NCBI GenBank assembly: GCA_963612485.1
Contig: CAVDWI010000001.1
Location: forward strand, 1 to 39,079
DNA from: Barnesiella intestinihominis
Lineage (GTDB): Bacteria; Verrucomicrobiota; Kiritimatiellia; RFP12; UBA1067
Direction of reading: 5' to 3'
DNA length: 39,079 nucleotides
Made by a program: the position numbers and the translations under genes. Below the pieces are notes generated by a model. That model was not told where the DNA came from and did no database searches. It saw only the letters and a program-made list of their open reading frames with translations. Within the stretch, counting starts at the first letter, position 1; every line of letters begins with the position of its first letter. Shown in pieces: positions 7,104 to 18,600 of the stretch.

Positions 7104-8713
7104 TTGAACTTCAACTCCACTGTGAATTGTTCAACGCTCTTCCCGATCGTCTTCATTCCGGAAATCTTGACGCTTTCCGAATCGACGAACGGGGAGTTCT
7201 TCAGACGGTTGGCAACGAGTTCGGAGGCGATGGCCTGCGCACCGCCCTGCTTCTTCTCGAACTCCTGAATACTATCCTTCCAGCCGCGGACGGTGATGCG
7301 CCCCGGCTCCCACTTCTCAATCCACATTCCCGGTGCAAGCGCACGGGAGACCGCGTTCAGGCGAAGCGCGACGGACGAACGGGCCGCCAGCAGCTTCCGG
7401 TAGTTCTCCGCCTCGGCGGACGACTTCTCGATTTCCGCCGTGACCGTCTTGACCTTGCCGTCGAACGAACGGATTGACTGAACCTTTGCGTTGACACGGT
7501 CGAAGACGACCTGCGACACGTCCGACGCATGCCGGACACCGAGGAGACCGAGGACAAGGGCGACGACCAGCACGACGCCCGCACCGGCGACGACGGGAAT
7601 CTTCGCCTTCTCGGCGCGTTCGGCGATAATCGCGGGCGGCAGGAGGTTGATGGCGAAACGCGCCGCGCCGGAAAGGTGGAGCGCAACGCCCGCCGTTGCG
7701 GCGAGAAGCGCACCGTCCGACCCGAACGCCTCGGCGTCAATCGACGGGGCGACGCCAATCGCGCCAAACGGATTGAAGAACTCGACCTCAAGGCGGAGGT
7801 TCTCCGCGAAGAACTCGTCCAGACGCGGCAGAAGCGCCGTACCGCCCGTCAGGTAGAGGCGAACCGGCGCGGAGCCGCCCTGCTGCGAGCGGTAGAAGTT
7901 GATGCTGCGCGAAATCTCCGCCTGAAGGCGCGTCATCACGGCGCGGCAGACCTTCGACACGCGGTCGACCGTCGGGTCTTCGTCCTCCGCCACGCCACCG
8001 GCGGCGACATACGCCCGCTCGCGCTTGATGGTCTCGGCCTCCTCCGGGGAACACCCGAGCGCCTGTGCAATCTCGCGCGTGATGTTGTTGCCCGCAATCG
8101 GAATCGACCGGTTGTAAACCTTGTCGCCCTCGACGATGACGAGCGACGTCGTCTTCGCCCCGATGTCCAGAAGGACGACGCAGGAAGAATCATCCGGACT
8201 GGCGAACTTCAGCGCATTCGTCAGGGCGATGGGCGCGACGTCCACGAGTTCGGGACGGAAGCCCGCCGATGCAACGGCCGTCGTGATCGACTCAATCTGG
8301 TCAATCTTCGCCGAGACGATCATCACGGACTTGTCACCGCCCTCCGTCTCGCCGAGCACCTGCCGGTCGCTCACCATCTCGTCGATGGGGAACGGCACGT
8401 TCTGCTCGATCTCGTAGCGGACGAGCTGCTCGAACTTCTCATCGCCGCCCGCGGCGGGAATCGCGGCAAAGCGGTAGAACGCCATCTGCCCCGAAACGGA
8501 AATCGCCACGGGACCGGGCTTGATGCCCGCCGTCCGCGCACATTCCATCAGCGCCGGGACGAGAATCGTCTGCGCGTCGCCCGAATCGAGCGAGGCCGCC
8601 AGCGGCGCACAGCCGTAGCGGACGAGCGTGAGGCCGCCCCCCGTCCCCGCCTCATACTCGGCGAGGGCGACGTTCGCCGCCCCAATGTCAAGCGCCAGAA
8701 ACTTCTTAGCCAT
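7100..8713 (-). CDS. pilM: PilM-PilN fusion: an actin-like pilus assembly ATPase-fold protein fused to a TM segment and a PilN-like domain (occupying the Amuc_1101 position)
   Basis: The N-terminus FLALDIGAANVALAEY is the PilM/FtsA-type phosphate-1 motif, and LLDIGAKTTSLVI and LYLTGGTALLPRL are further actin-fold motifs. These are followed by the PilN signature INLLPP, a TM helix (IPVVAGAGVVLVVALVLGLLGV) and a ~150-aa periplasmic domain. The start forms a TAATG overlap with the upstream gene at 8713. Confidence 0.85.
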   Translation of the reverse strand: MAKKFLALDIGAANVALAEYEAGTGGGLTLVRYGCAPLAASLDSGDAQTILVPALMECARTAGIKPGPVAISVSGQMAFYRFAAIPAAGGDEKFEQLVRYEIEQNVPFPIDEMVSDRQVLGETEGGDKSVMIVSAKIDQIESITTAVASAGFRPELVDVAPIALTNALKFASPDDSSCVVLLDIGAKTTSLVIVEGDKVYNRSIPIAGNNITREIAQALGCSPEEAETIKRERAYVAAGGVAEDEDPTVDRVSKVCRAVMTRLQAEISRSINFYRSQQGGSAPVRLYLTGGTALLPRLDEFFAENLRLEVEFFNPFGAIGVAPSIDAEAFGSDGALLAATAGVALHLSGAARFAINLLPPAIIAERAEKAKIPVVAGAGVVLVVALVLGLLGVRHASDVSQVVFDRVNAKVQSIRSFDGKVKTVTAEIEKSSAEAENYRKLLAARSSVALRLNAVSRALAPGMWIEKWEPGRITVRGWKDSIQEFEKKQGGAQAIASELVANRLKNSPFVDSESVKISGMKTIGKSVEQFTVELKFK

Positions 8714-9438
8714 TACTGCACCACCATTTCGTAGTCATTCGGGTTCACAAGCGACCAAATCGTCTTCGAGCGATCCTGCAGCCCCTGACGACGCTCAATC
8801 ATCGGCTCGCCGCCCTGCGTCGTGGCGTTCATGATGTTGTTGTTGTTCCAGAACGCCTGGTCAAGCGTCTTCGGATGGGTCGGGATGCCCTTGATCTCGC
8901 TCTCGCAGTCACCCGCCAGAACCGTGCCCTCCTTGTTCGCAATCACAAGACCGATCGCCTTCGGCTCGCCGTAGCGCTCAAGGTAGGAGGGATGCAAACA
9001 GACGCTCGCCGCGTGAGACCCCTTCGGGATGTTCGCGTAGGTGACGGAGGTCGAGAAATACGAATAGGGAGGGAGCTTATCCGTCTTGTCCTTTTCCGTT
9101 GCGCTCTTCGTTTCGAGCAGCACGTGCCAGGTGAAGGTCAGCTGATCCTGCCAACGGGCGTAGGTCGTGTATTTCGACTCAAGCACGATCCACTTGCGCG
9201 GCTTCGTGAAGCACTGGCCGATGATCGTCGCACCCGAGAGGGACGGGGCCATCAGCGTCGAGGCGCGTCCCGTCTTCGGGAACTGGTCAATCGTAATCTT
9301 CGCATCGACGCCCGAAACCGGCGCCTCTTCCGCCGAGGCATCCGCCTTCGCATTGCGCGCGGCTTTCCGCGTCGGCGCGGCAACGACCGCAGCCACCGAG
9401 AGAACTGTTGTCAGGAGTATCATCTGTTTCGCGTTCAT
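8713..9438 (-). CDS. Secreted protein of unknown function occupying the Amuc_1102 position of the pilus-like cluster
   Basis: The signal peptide is MNAKQMILLTTVLSVAAVVAAP, and an AAGGA ribosome-binding site lies upstream. The assignment to the Amuc_1102 family rests on gene order and size only (241 aa, directly upstream of the PilM-like gene). Confidence 0.45.
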   Translation of the reverse strand: MNAKQMILLTTVLSVAAVVAAPTRKAARNAKADASAEEAPVSGVDAKITIDQFPKTGRASTLMAPSLSGATIIGQCFTKPRKWIVLESKYTTYARWQDQLTFTWHVLLETKSATEKDKTDKLPPYSYFSTSVTYANIPKGSHAASVCLHPSYLERYGEPKAIGLVIANKEGTVLAGDCESEIKGIPTHPKTLDQAFWNNNNIMNATTQGGEPMIERRQGLQDRSKTIWSLVNPNDYEMVVQ

Positions 9439-9456
9439 GCTTCGATCCTTTCTTTT

Positions 9457-10446
9457 TTAGAGAACCTTCATTTTGGGCAAATCCTGAATATCGACGAGAC
9501 CGACGACGCGACCGAGCGCATCGCATACGGGAAGGTCGTCGATGCGCTTGCGCTCGAAGACCTTCAGCAGTTCCGCCGCATAGGCGTCGTCGCGGACAAA
9601 CATCGGCTCGCGTGTCATGTGCGCCTCGATCCTGTCGCCGAGCACGCCCGAACGGTCCGTCGCCTGCGCCATAATCCGGCGGAAGTCGCCGTCCGTGAAG
9701 ATGCCGAGCAGACGGCCCTCCGCATCCGCAACGACGGCCGAGCCGGACTGCGCCTTCGTCATGGCGAGCAGGGCTTCCATCACCGTCGCCGTCGGCGCGA
9801 CGCGCGCGAGCCGCTCGCCCGTGCGCATCACGTCCGGCACCTTCATGACGAGCGCACGGCCAATCGCACCCGCCGGGTGGTTCATCGCGTAGTCCTCAAT
9901 CGGGAACTTCTGCGCATCGATCATCACCATCGCCAGGGCATCGCCCATCGCCATCGTCGCCGTCGTCGAATTCGTGGGGGCCATGCCGAACGGACACGCC
10001 TCGCGGCCGCACGGGATCTCCACGTGGACGTCGCTCATCTTCGCCAGCGTCGAATTGGGATTGCCCGTCAGCGAGACGACCTTCAGCCCATGGCGGCGAA
10101 TCGCCGGTATGAGGCGGATGACCTCGTCCGACTCGCCGCTGAACGAAAGGGCCAGCAGCAGGTCACGCGGCGAAACCATCCCAAGGTCGCCGTGCATCGC
10201 CTGAACGGGGTTCAGTACGATCGAGCGCGTTCCCGTCGAGGCGAAAATCGCGCTCATCTTCTCGGCGATGTGAAGATTCTTGCCGACGCCCGTGACGACG
10301 ACGATGCCCTCGTTCGAGACGACCTTCAGCATCAGTTCGACCGCATCGGTGAAACTCTTCCCGATGGAGTCGCGTGTCCGCCGAAGTCCCTCGATTTCAA
10401 CGTCGAAGACTTCCTGCGCCCGCCTGATCTGTTCGTTCGTCGTCAT
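9457..10446 (-). CDS. kdsD: Arabinose-5-phosphate isomerase (KpsF/GutQ/KdsD family; SIS domain plus two CBS domains)
   Basis: The motifs VVVTGVGKNLHIAEKMSAIFASTGT, AMHGDLGMV, SFSGESDE, EACPFGMAPTNSTTATMAMGDALA, NHPAGAIGR and GIFTDGDFRR are collinear with E. coli KdsD. Confidence 0.93.
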   Translation of the reverse strand: MTTNEQIRRAQEVFDVEIEGLRRTRDSIGKSFTDAVELMLKVVSNEGIVVVTGVGKNLHIAEKMSAIFASTGTRSIVLNPVQAMHGDLGMVSPRDLLLALSFSGESDEVIRLIPAIRRHGLKVVSLTGNPNSTLAKMSDVHVEIPCGREACPFGMAPTNSTTATMAMGDALAMVMIDAQKFPIEDYAMNHPAGAIGRALVMKVPDVMRTGERLARVAPTATVMEALLAMTKAQSGSAVVADAEGRLLGIFTDGDFRRIMAQATDRSGVLGDRIEAHMTREPMFVRDDAYAAELLKVFERKRIDDLPVCDALGRVVGLVDIQDLPKMKVL

Positions 10447-10458
10447 TCGTTCTGTTGC

Positions 10459-11496
10459 CTATTTCGTCGTGCTCTGGAGGAGGGTGACGCAAATCGTGCC
10501 GACGATGTCCTCGGCATAGCACCCCCGCGAGAGGTCGTTCATCGCCTTGGCGAGACCCTGCAGGTTCGGGCCGATTGCCGTCGCACCGCCGAGACGCTGG
10601 GCGATCTTGTAGCCGATATTGCCCGCCTGGAGGTCGGGGAAGATGAAGACGTTCGCATTGCCCTGAATCGTGCCGTCGGGATTCTTCAGGCGACCGACGG
10701 CGGGGGCGATCGCCGCGTCGAACTGCAGTTCGCCGTCCATCGGAATGCCCTTCTCGGCGAAGCGTGGCTTCGCGAGTTCGACGGCCTTCTGAACCTTCTC
10801 GACGAGTTCGCCCGCCGCGCTCCCCTTCGTCGAGAAACTCAAGTAGGCGACGCGAGGTTCGCATCCCGTCAGTTCGCGGTAGGTCTGCGCCGTGGCAAGA
10901 CCGATATCCACGAGCTGCTCCGCCGTCGGATTGGGTATGACGGCGCAGTCGCCGAACGCCAGCACGCTGTCGCCCGACGGCGTGGGGTTCTTGAGGTCGA
11001 GCAGGAAGCAGGAACTCGCCGTCTTCACGCCCTTCTGCGTCCCCAGCGTGTGGAACGCCGCCCGCAGCATGTCGCCCGTCGAGGCGATCGAACCCGCGAC
11101 GAGTCCGTTGACCCGCCCGAGTTTCACCATCATGCCGCCGAAGTAGATGCGTTTCGTGCGCAGCGTCTTCTGCGCCCCCGCGAGGTCGATGATCTTCTGC
11201 TTCTCGGCGGGCTTGCGCGACTCCTTCGCGTTCCACGCGGCGAGATACGCTGCCTCGAGTTCCGCATCGCCCTTCGTGTAGTCAATCGTCTGGATGGCGC
11301 GGTCGGCGAGGTGCAGACCCGCCTTTTCCTCCGCAGCGGCGATTTCCTCCGCCGTGCCGAGCACGACGGGTGTGCAGATGTGCCTGTCCACGCAGGCACA
11401 GGCCGCCGTGATGACGCGGGGATCCATGCCCTCCGGCAGAACGACCGTGCCGTTCAACTTCGACGCCCGCTTGATGATGTCCGCTATTGCACTCAC
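10459..11496 (-). CDS. pta: Phosphate acetyltransferase (short form)
   Basis: The motifs are VVLPEGMDPRVI, VAGSIASTGDMLRAA and the C-terminal IGPNLQGLAKAMNDLSRGC..DIV. The start codon is GTG, with an AAGGAG ribosome-binding site about 10 nt upstream. Confidence 0.9.
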   Translation of the reverse strand: MSAIADIIKRASKLNGTVVLPEGMDPRVITAACACVDRHICTPVVLGTAEEIAAAEEKAGLHLADRAIQTIDYTKGDAELEAAYLAAWNAKESRKPAEKQKIIDLAGAQKTLRTKRIYFGGMMVKLGRVNGLVAGSIASTGDMLRAAFHTLGTQKGVKTASSCFLLDLKNPTPSGDSVLAFGDCAVIPNPTAEQLVDIGLATAQTYRELTGCEPRVAYLSFSTKGSAAGELVEKVQKAVELAKPRFAEKGIPMDGELQFDAAIAPAVGRLKNPDGTIQGNANVFIFPDLQAGNIGYKIAQRLGGATAIGPNLQGLAKAMNDLSRGCYAEDIVGTICVTLLQSTTK

Positions 11497-11514
11497 TTCT
11501 GAGAATCTCCTTTG

Positions 11515-12660
11515 TTACTTCGAGAGCACGCGCACCGTGTCGCGCGCAATCATCAGTTCCTCGTTCGTCGGCAGAACGACGACGGGAATCTTCGAGTCCT
11601 TCGTCGAGAGGACGGCGGTCACGCCGTGCGACTTGGCATTCGCCCGACGATCCAACTTGATGCCGAGAGCCCCGAGGCGGCTGATGATCCGCGCCCGCGC
11701 CTCGGACGAGTTCTCGCCGATGCCGCCCGTCATGATAATCGCGTCCGCGCCGCCCACGACCGTGTTGTACGCCCCGATGTAGAGGGCGGTGCGGTAGGCC
11801 AGCATCTCAAGCGCGAGCTCCGCCGCACGGTCGCCCTTCGCCGCCCGTGCGCAGATGTCGCGGCAGTCGCCGCCCGCCACGCCCGAAACGGCCTGAAGAC
11901 CGGACTTCTTGTTGAGAATCGTATCCATCTCGGCGGGGGAAAGTTTTTCCGCCTCCATGATGGCGAGCACCGCCGCCGCGTCGATGTCGCCGCAGCGCGT
12001 CCCCATCACAAGCCCCGCGAGCGGCGTCAGCCCCATCGTCGTATCCACGACTTCGCCGTTCTTGATCGCCGCAAGCGACGATCCGTTGCCCAGGTGACAG
12101 GTGACGAGGTTCACCTTCGCGAGCGGCTTGCCGAGATAGTCCGCCGCCGCACGGGTGACGAACTTGTGCGACGTGCCGTGGAAGCCGTATTTGCGAATCC
12201 CGTACTTCTTGTAATACTTCGGGTCGATTGCGTAGAGCGCCGCGCAGTCGGGCATCGTCTGGTGAAAGGCCGTGTCGAAGACCCCGACGTTCGGAACTCC
12301 CTTGAAGATCTTCTCGCAGGCCTCGACGCCGCCGAGGTTCGCCGGCATGTGCAGGGGACCGAACTTGACGAGCTTGCGGGTCTTCGCCAGGTTCGCCTTG
12401 TTCAGCAGAACCGAGTCCTTGAAGACCTCCGCCCCGTGCAGAATCCGATGGCCGATCGCATCGATGTCGGTCGGGTTGCCGAGGTCGGCAACGACCTTCG
12501 CGAGCGCCTCGGCGTGGTTGGCGGGGCCGCCCGCGCCGATTCGCTCGACGAGCCCCTTGGCGAGCCGCGTCTCAGTCTTCATGTCGAAGAGCTGATACTT
12601 GAGCGAACTCGAACCCGAGTTGACAACAAGAACTTTCCTGATTTCCTTCTTCATTTTCAT
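11515..12660 (-). CDS. ackA: Acetate kinase
   Basis: The motifs are VLVVNSGSSSLKYQLFD, GHRILHG, FDTAFHQTMP, FHGTSH, CHLGNGSSLAAIKNG..VDTTMG and GTRCGDID. The ATG at 12658..12660 overlaps the TGA of the 4,010-aa ORF as ATGA. An alternative start lies two codons downstream. Confidence 0.92.
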   Translation of the reverse strand: MKMKKEIRKVLVVNSGSSSLKYQLFDMKTETRLAKGLVERIGAGGPANHAEALAKVVADLGNPTDIDAIGHRILHGAEVFKDSVLLNKANLAKTRKLVKFGPLHMPANLGGVEACEKIFKGVPNVGVFDTAFHQTMPDCAALYAIDPKYYKKYGIRKYGFHGTSHKFVTRAAADYLGKPLAKVNLVTCHLGNGSSLAAIKNGEVVDTTMGLTPLAGLVMGTRCGDIDAAAVLAIMEAEKLSPAEMDTILNKKSGLQAVSGVAGGDCRDICARAAKGDRAAELALEMLAYRTALYIGAYNTVVGGADAIIMTGGIGENSSEARARIISRLGALGIKLDRRANAKSHGVTAVLSTKDSKIPVVVLPTNEELMIARDTVRVLSK

Positions 12661-15600
12661 TCTTCCACAATCGCAATCCGGTAGAATCCGCTGGTGAGGT
12701 CGATGTTCGGGTCGAGCGCAACCTCGACGACGGACTGCCCGTTGCCGACCTCCACGCCCGTCACCGTCGTCTTCAGCGTCCAGTCGGCGGCGGCAAGGGT
12801 CGCCTTTTCATAGACATTCACCGAGACGGTCTTGGACGAAACCGAGATGCCGTAGACCTGGCTCACCATCTGGCCAGCGACGGAAGGCTGGACGTCCGCC
12901 GCGACCGTCAGCACGATGCGTTTCGCCTCGGTATCCAGCGTCATCGACGTGATCTTCAGCGAATTCTCGTCAATCGTCGCCTGGCTGCGAACCGCCGCGA
13001 CCAGCGTCTCCGCCGTCAGGCTGCCGCCCGAGAGGCCGAGCAGGATCTTCGCATACGAACCGTTCTGGAAGATTGTATACGGAATGCCGGAGAGACCGGC
13101 GGAAAGCCCGCCGCGATCGGTGATGAACGCCTCGATGTCGATGAGCACCTTCTCGTCGCCCGTGACGTCCGCCTGAATCTTGTCCTTCACGGACTCCCAC
13201 GAACCCGTCCAGCCCGCCTTGGCGTACTCATACGCATCCGGAATCCAGTCGCCGTCTATGTCGGCGTCCTCGATATAGACGTTCACGACCGGGGCGGTGA
13301 CGTCCGTATCCGTCAGCACGACGGCATCCGCCGCACAACCCCACGATTCCCATGCGCTGTGCTGGAAGTCGCCGTCCGAGTCGATGTAGGCGCGGATGTA
13401 GTAGGTTCCGTTCGCCGGCAGACCCGTCAGGCGCGCGTTGGGCTGGGTGAGCGTCATGTCCGTGATGGACGAGCCGACCACGTTTGTAACGAACGTCTGG
13501 GCGAGCGGTTCGCCCGAGAAGTCCGCCGTCGGGAACGCCTGGACGCGGATGATGCCGTTCGTCTGGCTCAGGTTGTACACGCGGTCGAGCACGCACGTGG
13601 GCCCCGCATATTTCACGAGCACGTCGATGGACGAGTAGCTGTGGTCGTTCATTGCGCGGGCGGAATTGACCGACGCGGCGAAGTTGACCGTCTTCGACCA
13701 GGACGTGCTGCGGAACTTCGCGTTGTACATCGCCACGCGGCACTTGTAGTTGCCACGGCGCGACAGGATCTTGCGCTGCGGCGTCTGGTCGCCGAACGCG
13801 CAGTCTGCCGTCCACTGGTAGTTCCCGTTCCTATCCATCCTCGGCGCACGGCGGACGCCCGAATCGTAGATGACCTCCTTCCCGTCTTCCGACAGGATCT
13901 GCAGCTGGAAGGCGGTGTAGGAGTTGTAGCCGCCCGTCGTCCACGTGAACGTCGGCCGGGCGTTGTAGTAGATGCCCTCGACGCCGCATCCCGTAATCGT
14001 CGGAATCGTGCGCAACTGCGTCGCGTCAAAAGTCCGCGAGACGTTCATGAGGAAGAGGCGGTTCGTTGTCGTCGGGGAAATCGTGCCGTCGCCCAGGACG
14101 ATGCGATACATCACGTTCGTCGGGTCGAGCAGCCAGTTCCCGTTGTCATCGTAGAGGTTGAGCGCCTCACTGTTGTAGACCTCCGCGTTGAAGTGCGACC
14201 AGTCGATGTCGAGTTCGCCGTCCGTCAGGAAGTCGCCCTCGTGCAGGTAGTGCCGCACGTTGAGGTCGAACGTCTTGTCCAGGACAACGCGGTTCTCGAT
14301 GGCGAGGAAGTTGGAGTCGTACTTGTTGAGGCCGTAGCCGTTCACCGCCGTGCGGACGACGCGAATGCGTTCCTTCGACATGCTGGAGTCCAGCACGATT
14401 CCCAGGTCGTTCGTCGTCAGGCCGCTGTTGGCGGGGTTGTACTTCGCACGATCCGAATCGCCCGAGAAAAGGTCGATGCGGGCGAAGACGGGATGCGTCT
14501 TCGTCAGTTCGACGGTGAACCGGGCGCCGTCCCAGCCCACGTCGACGTTATCGACGAAGCCGAACGGCTCACCGGGCGTGTACTCGCCGTCGCCGTCGTT
14601 ATCCACGAACACGATGAACTTGTTCAGACCCTCGCGGACGTAGCCGCGGTGTTCGAGGTCGCCAGCCCCGTTGGCCTCCCACAGGTGGTAGGTGCCCGAA
14701 GCGTCGGGTCCCGCCGCCTCGTCCGACCACGAAATGTAGGCGTAGCTGCCGGCGAGATTGAACTTGTCATACCAGACCGCGCTCAGCGAAGCCGCCCCTT
14801 CAGGGACTTCTTCCGTCGCAAAATAGGCGTCGCCCGTCAGCGTATCGCTCGAGAAGTCGATCGTCATCTCGCCCGTCGTGTAGTTAATCGAGCCGACCTC
14901 GGTTTCCTTTGTCGAACCCAGCGACGTGATGATTGTCGCGTAGAGCATGCCGATGCCGTTGTTGTTGGGATTCCGGTCGCTCACGACAACTTGCCAGGTG
15001 GCGTTCGCGGGCTCCCCGTGATAGGTCAGGTAATCGTAGCCGTTCAGAACCGACACGAGGCGGTAGCCCAAGTCGCGGAAGTAAATCTTCACCGTTCCCG
15101 GTATCACCATGCCGGTGCCAAGCGTGTAGGTCGCCTCTTTCGCCGGATTCATGCCGAGATACCGCGTGTGGGCGGACTTCGAGACGTTCGAACTGACGTT
15201 CGCAACCGTCCAGATTGCATCCGGAACGGTGGTCATGCCGGGATCCGTCTTCTTGCTCCACGCCTTGAACACAATCGGCGCACTGATGACGTCCGATTCG
15301 TTGTAGACGATGGTCGCCTCAATCGTGGGAACCGGATATTCACGGATGTAATACCCGTCGCCCGTGCCGGCGGACCTCGACTTGGTCGGGTTCGTGCCGA
15401 CCTTCGCCTCCGCGAAGTTCGACCAGCCGTCGTTATCCAAGTCCTTCAGCGGATCGTGGACAAACTGGTTCGCATACACGACGCCATTCGCATCGGGTGT
15501 CGCATACTGGCGCTCCCACTGGTCGCTGACTTGGTCGAAGTCGGTGAAAATCTCGCCGAAGTAGAGGTCGCCGACGCGGCGGAAGTAGTCGGGGCACGAA

Positions 15601-18600
15601 CCATCCGTCTTTGCGAGCGTCGGGTTCAGGCGGGCGAACTTGAAGACCTCGCTGATGAGGTATTCCGTGTAATTCGAGAGTCCGTCGCCATCCGCATCGG
15701 CGAACTGGTCTTCCGCGCTTCCGGTGTCGATGCCGTAGATTTCCTCCCACCAGTCGGGGATGCGGTCGCCGTCAACGTCACGCGTGTCGGTGTACTCGGG
15801 GTGGTATTCGCCGTCGGGCAGCATGCCGCGCGCCAGGTCGCGGAGATACGCTTCCCACGCCGTCATGCGAAGGCCATCGTAATCGACCATCGTATCCCAG
15901 GTAATAGTCGACGACGGGTCGGAGACGTAGTTGCCCCTGGCATACGCCGTCCACCAGTCGGGCAGACCGCGGTTGTTCCGGTCGTCGCCCGTCTGCGCCC
16001 AGGCATCCGCCGCGCCCTGGTCATCCCACATGCCGCCCTCGGCGGAGGAAATGCGCTTCGGATACGCGCCGCCCATCGGCAGCAGGTCATCGCCGAGTAC
16101 GTTGCGGTCGCGGAGGGCGAAACGGAAAGCCTCCTTCTGCGTAGCGTTCGTCGAGACGAGATTCCAGCGCGTCGGGGTCGTCTTGATTCCCGTGTTCTCC
16201 TGGTAGTAGAGAACCTGCGTCCAGCGGCTGTAGACTTCAGCCGAGCACGGGAACGTGAAGGACGGATAGCCCGAATCCACCGCCGAAACCGCCCCGGCGT
16301 AGTTGGTGCTCCAGTAGACCGAATCGAGCGTCGTTCCGTCAAGTCGCGGCAGGTGCGAGACGGTATTGTTGATCCACGGCACATACGCGGCATCGTCGTA
16401 GACCGTCGAGCGCACCGCAATATCCGCCCACCACGGGCATTCCCAGTCCTCGGGCCGCACCCAGACGGCCTTCGCGTCTGTAATCGTTCCCTTCGTCGAG
16501 AATCCAGTCGGCGTCGTCATCACGTCGCCCGTCTCGACCGCACCCGGCAGATGGTCGAACGACCAGTGGAACTTCAGTTCCGCCGGGAGCTGACGGACGC
16601 TGCCACTCATGCGCGACCCACCTTCGCACCAGGACTCGTAGACCGCCTGACGGTTCGCGAGAGCCAGCGCGGGCGTGTAGCGCGTACGGTTCTGCACGTC
16701 CGCCGCGATGTCCGCCGCACTCCGTGCGCCGTCCCAGATGCGGACTTCGTCGATGTAGCCCTTGTAGTAGTTACCGTAGTCGTCGAATGTCGGGTTCGCG
16801 AGATCCGGTTGACGCTGGCCGAGGTCGAAGTAGACGGCGAACATGTCGAGCGCCGAAGCGCCGACCAGGTAGGAGATGGACTCATACCTCGTGTAACTGC
16901 CGATCTCGATTGCATTCCGCGAGGCGATGCCGTGTTCAGGAGAGACACTCGTCTCCTTCGACATCCCCGAGTTGCACTCGCCGTTCACGTACAACCTGAG
17001 GGCCTTGCCGTCGTAGGTCGCCGCCACGTGCGTCCAGTTCGTCGTCGCCACGGGACCTTCCGTAATCTCGACGGGCTGCAGCTGGTCCGTTCCGGCGGAG
17101 TCGTATTTCGTATACCACTTGCCGTTCTTGATGCCGATCAGGAAGTTCTTGCGCAGGTACTTCGCGTCGGCGGGACCCGAGGCCGACGTCCAGATGGCGC
17201 GTTCCACCAGCGTCCGCAACTCGTTCGACCCGAGAATCGACCCGTCGGGCTTCGCCCAGCACTCCACCGTGTAGTAGAGGAAGTTCTCGCGGAATTCGGA
17301 GTTCGACTCGGTGACCGGCGTCTCCTCCTCGGTGCAGACGTGGGACTGGAGGAAGGACTTGTCCTCGTCACCGCCGAACCACATCGCCTGACGGCGCAGG
17401 GGGTCGTTGGAATCCTGCGGGTCGGAGGCCTTCTTCGTCCGCGCACGGGCTTCCTCGTAGTCGCTCAGGAAGTCGTGGTCGGAATCGTAGCCCTCGTTCT
17501 CCTCGAAACTGAAGAAGTAGTCGCTCTTCACGTTCCAGTTGTTGAGCGTGTAGACGTCGAAGATGCCATTGAAGTAGACCATGGCGTTCTTCGCATCCCA
17601 CCGGAAGCCCGGGAAGGAATCGAAGCGATAGACCTGGCCGTTGTAGGTGAACGTCCCCGTTGCGCTGGGGAATGACGTCGCGCCCGACGGCGGCATGTAG
17701 AAGCGCCGCGTGAAGCTTCCCTCATAGCTCGTATCGGTCATCCACAGCGGGGTCGGGTCGGTGTGGAGATAGTTCGAGGCGGCCTGGATCTGCGGCATGA
17801 TCGCCTCGTCGGCGTTGCGGATGTTGTCGCCGTCGGGGTCGGCCGCCGCAAGGCCCGTCAGCCACGGGAACGCCTCGAAGTCCCACGCCGCGCCGCCGCC
17901 GACCGTCTCGTCGCGGCTCGGCTTGAACCGCGCCGGCCGATGGAGATCGGCCTCGTCGTCGCTCGGATACCAGTAGTTCTCGCACGCGCTCCACGCGACA
18001 TTCTTCACATCCTGCGAGTCGTCATACGCCTCAAACACAATGTCGCGGTTGCTGCCCCTGCCACGCGACTTCTGAAGACCCAACAGCGGGTTCATACCGT
18101 GGAAAATCTCGTAGTAATCGTCCATGCCGTCGCCGTCCGTATCCGGCATGCGCGGATCGCACGTAATGTATTTCGCCGGATACAGCCCCTCGAGATTGGC
18201 GAATGCGTGGGGCGACGTCCAGTCGGTCGCCGTCGCCGCCTTGTAGGTAAAGCGGTTGAACTGCTTGTCGCCCACCGTATACTTGCCCGCCGGCGGCGTC
18301 TTCAGGTCGTGGTAGACGCCGTCCCTGAACATGTAGTACTTGCCGTAGCCCGTGTGATCCCACGCATTCGTGCAGAGGGAGAAGTAGGAGCCGCCGTCGA
18401 ACGTCCCCGCCACGAGGTGCGGGTTGAACAGCCCCTCGGTGTCCTCATCGTCATCGTCCACCGTGTTCTGCTCGTCCGCGAGCACACGATACCAGAACTT
18501 ACCCCAGTCCTCCGAGGTCTCGTCGGCCGGGATCGCCTCGAAGTCAAACGCGTGGCTCGTCCAGCGGGAAACCGTGTCGTCGTAGCGCCAGCACCGCATC

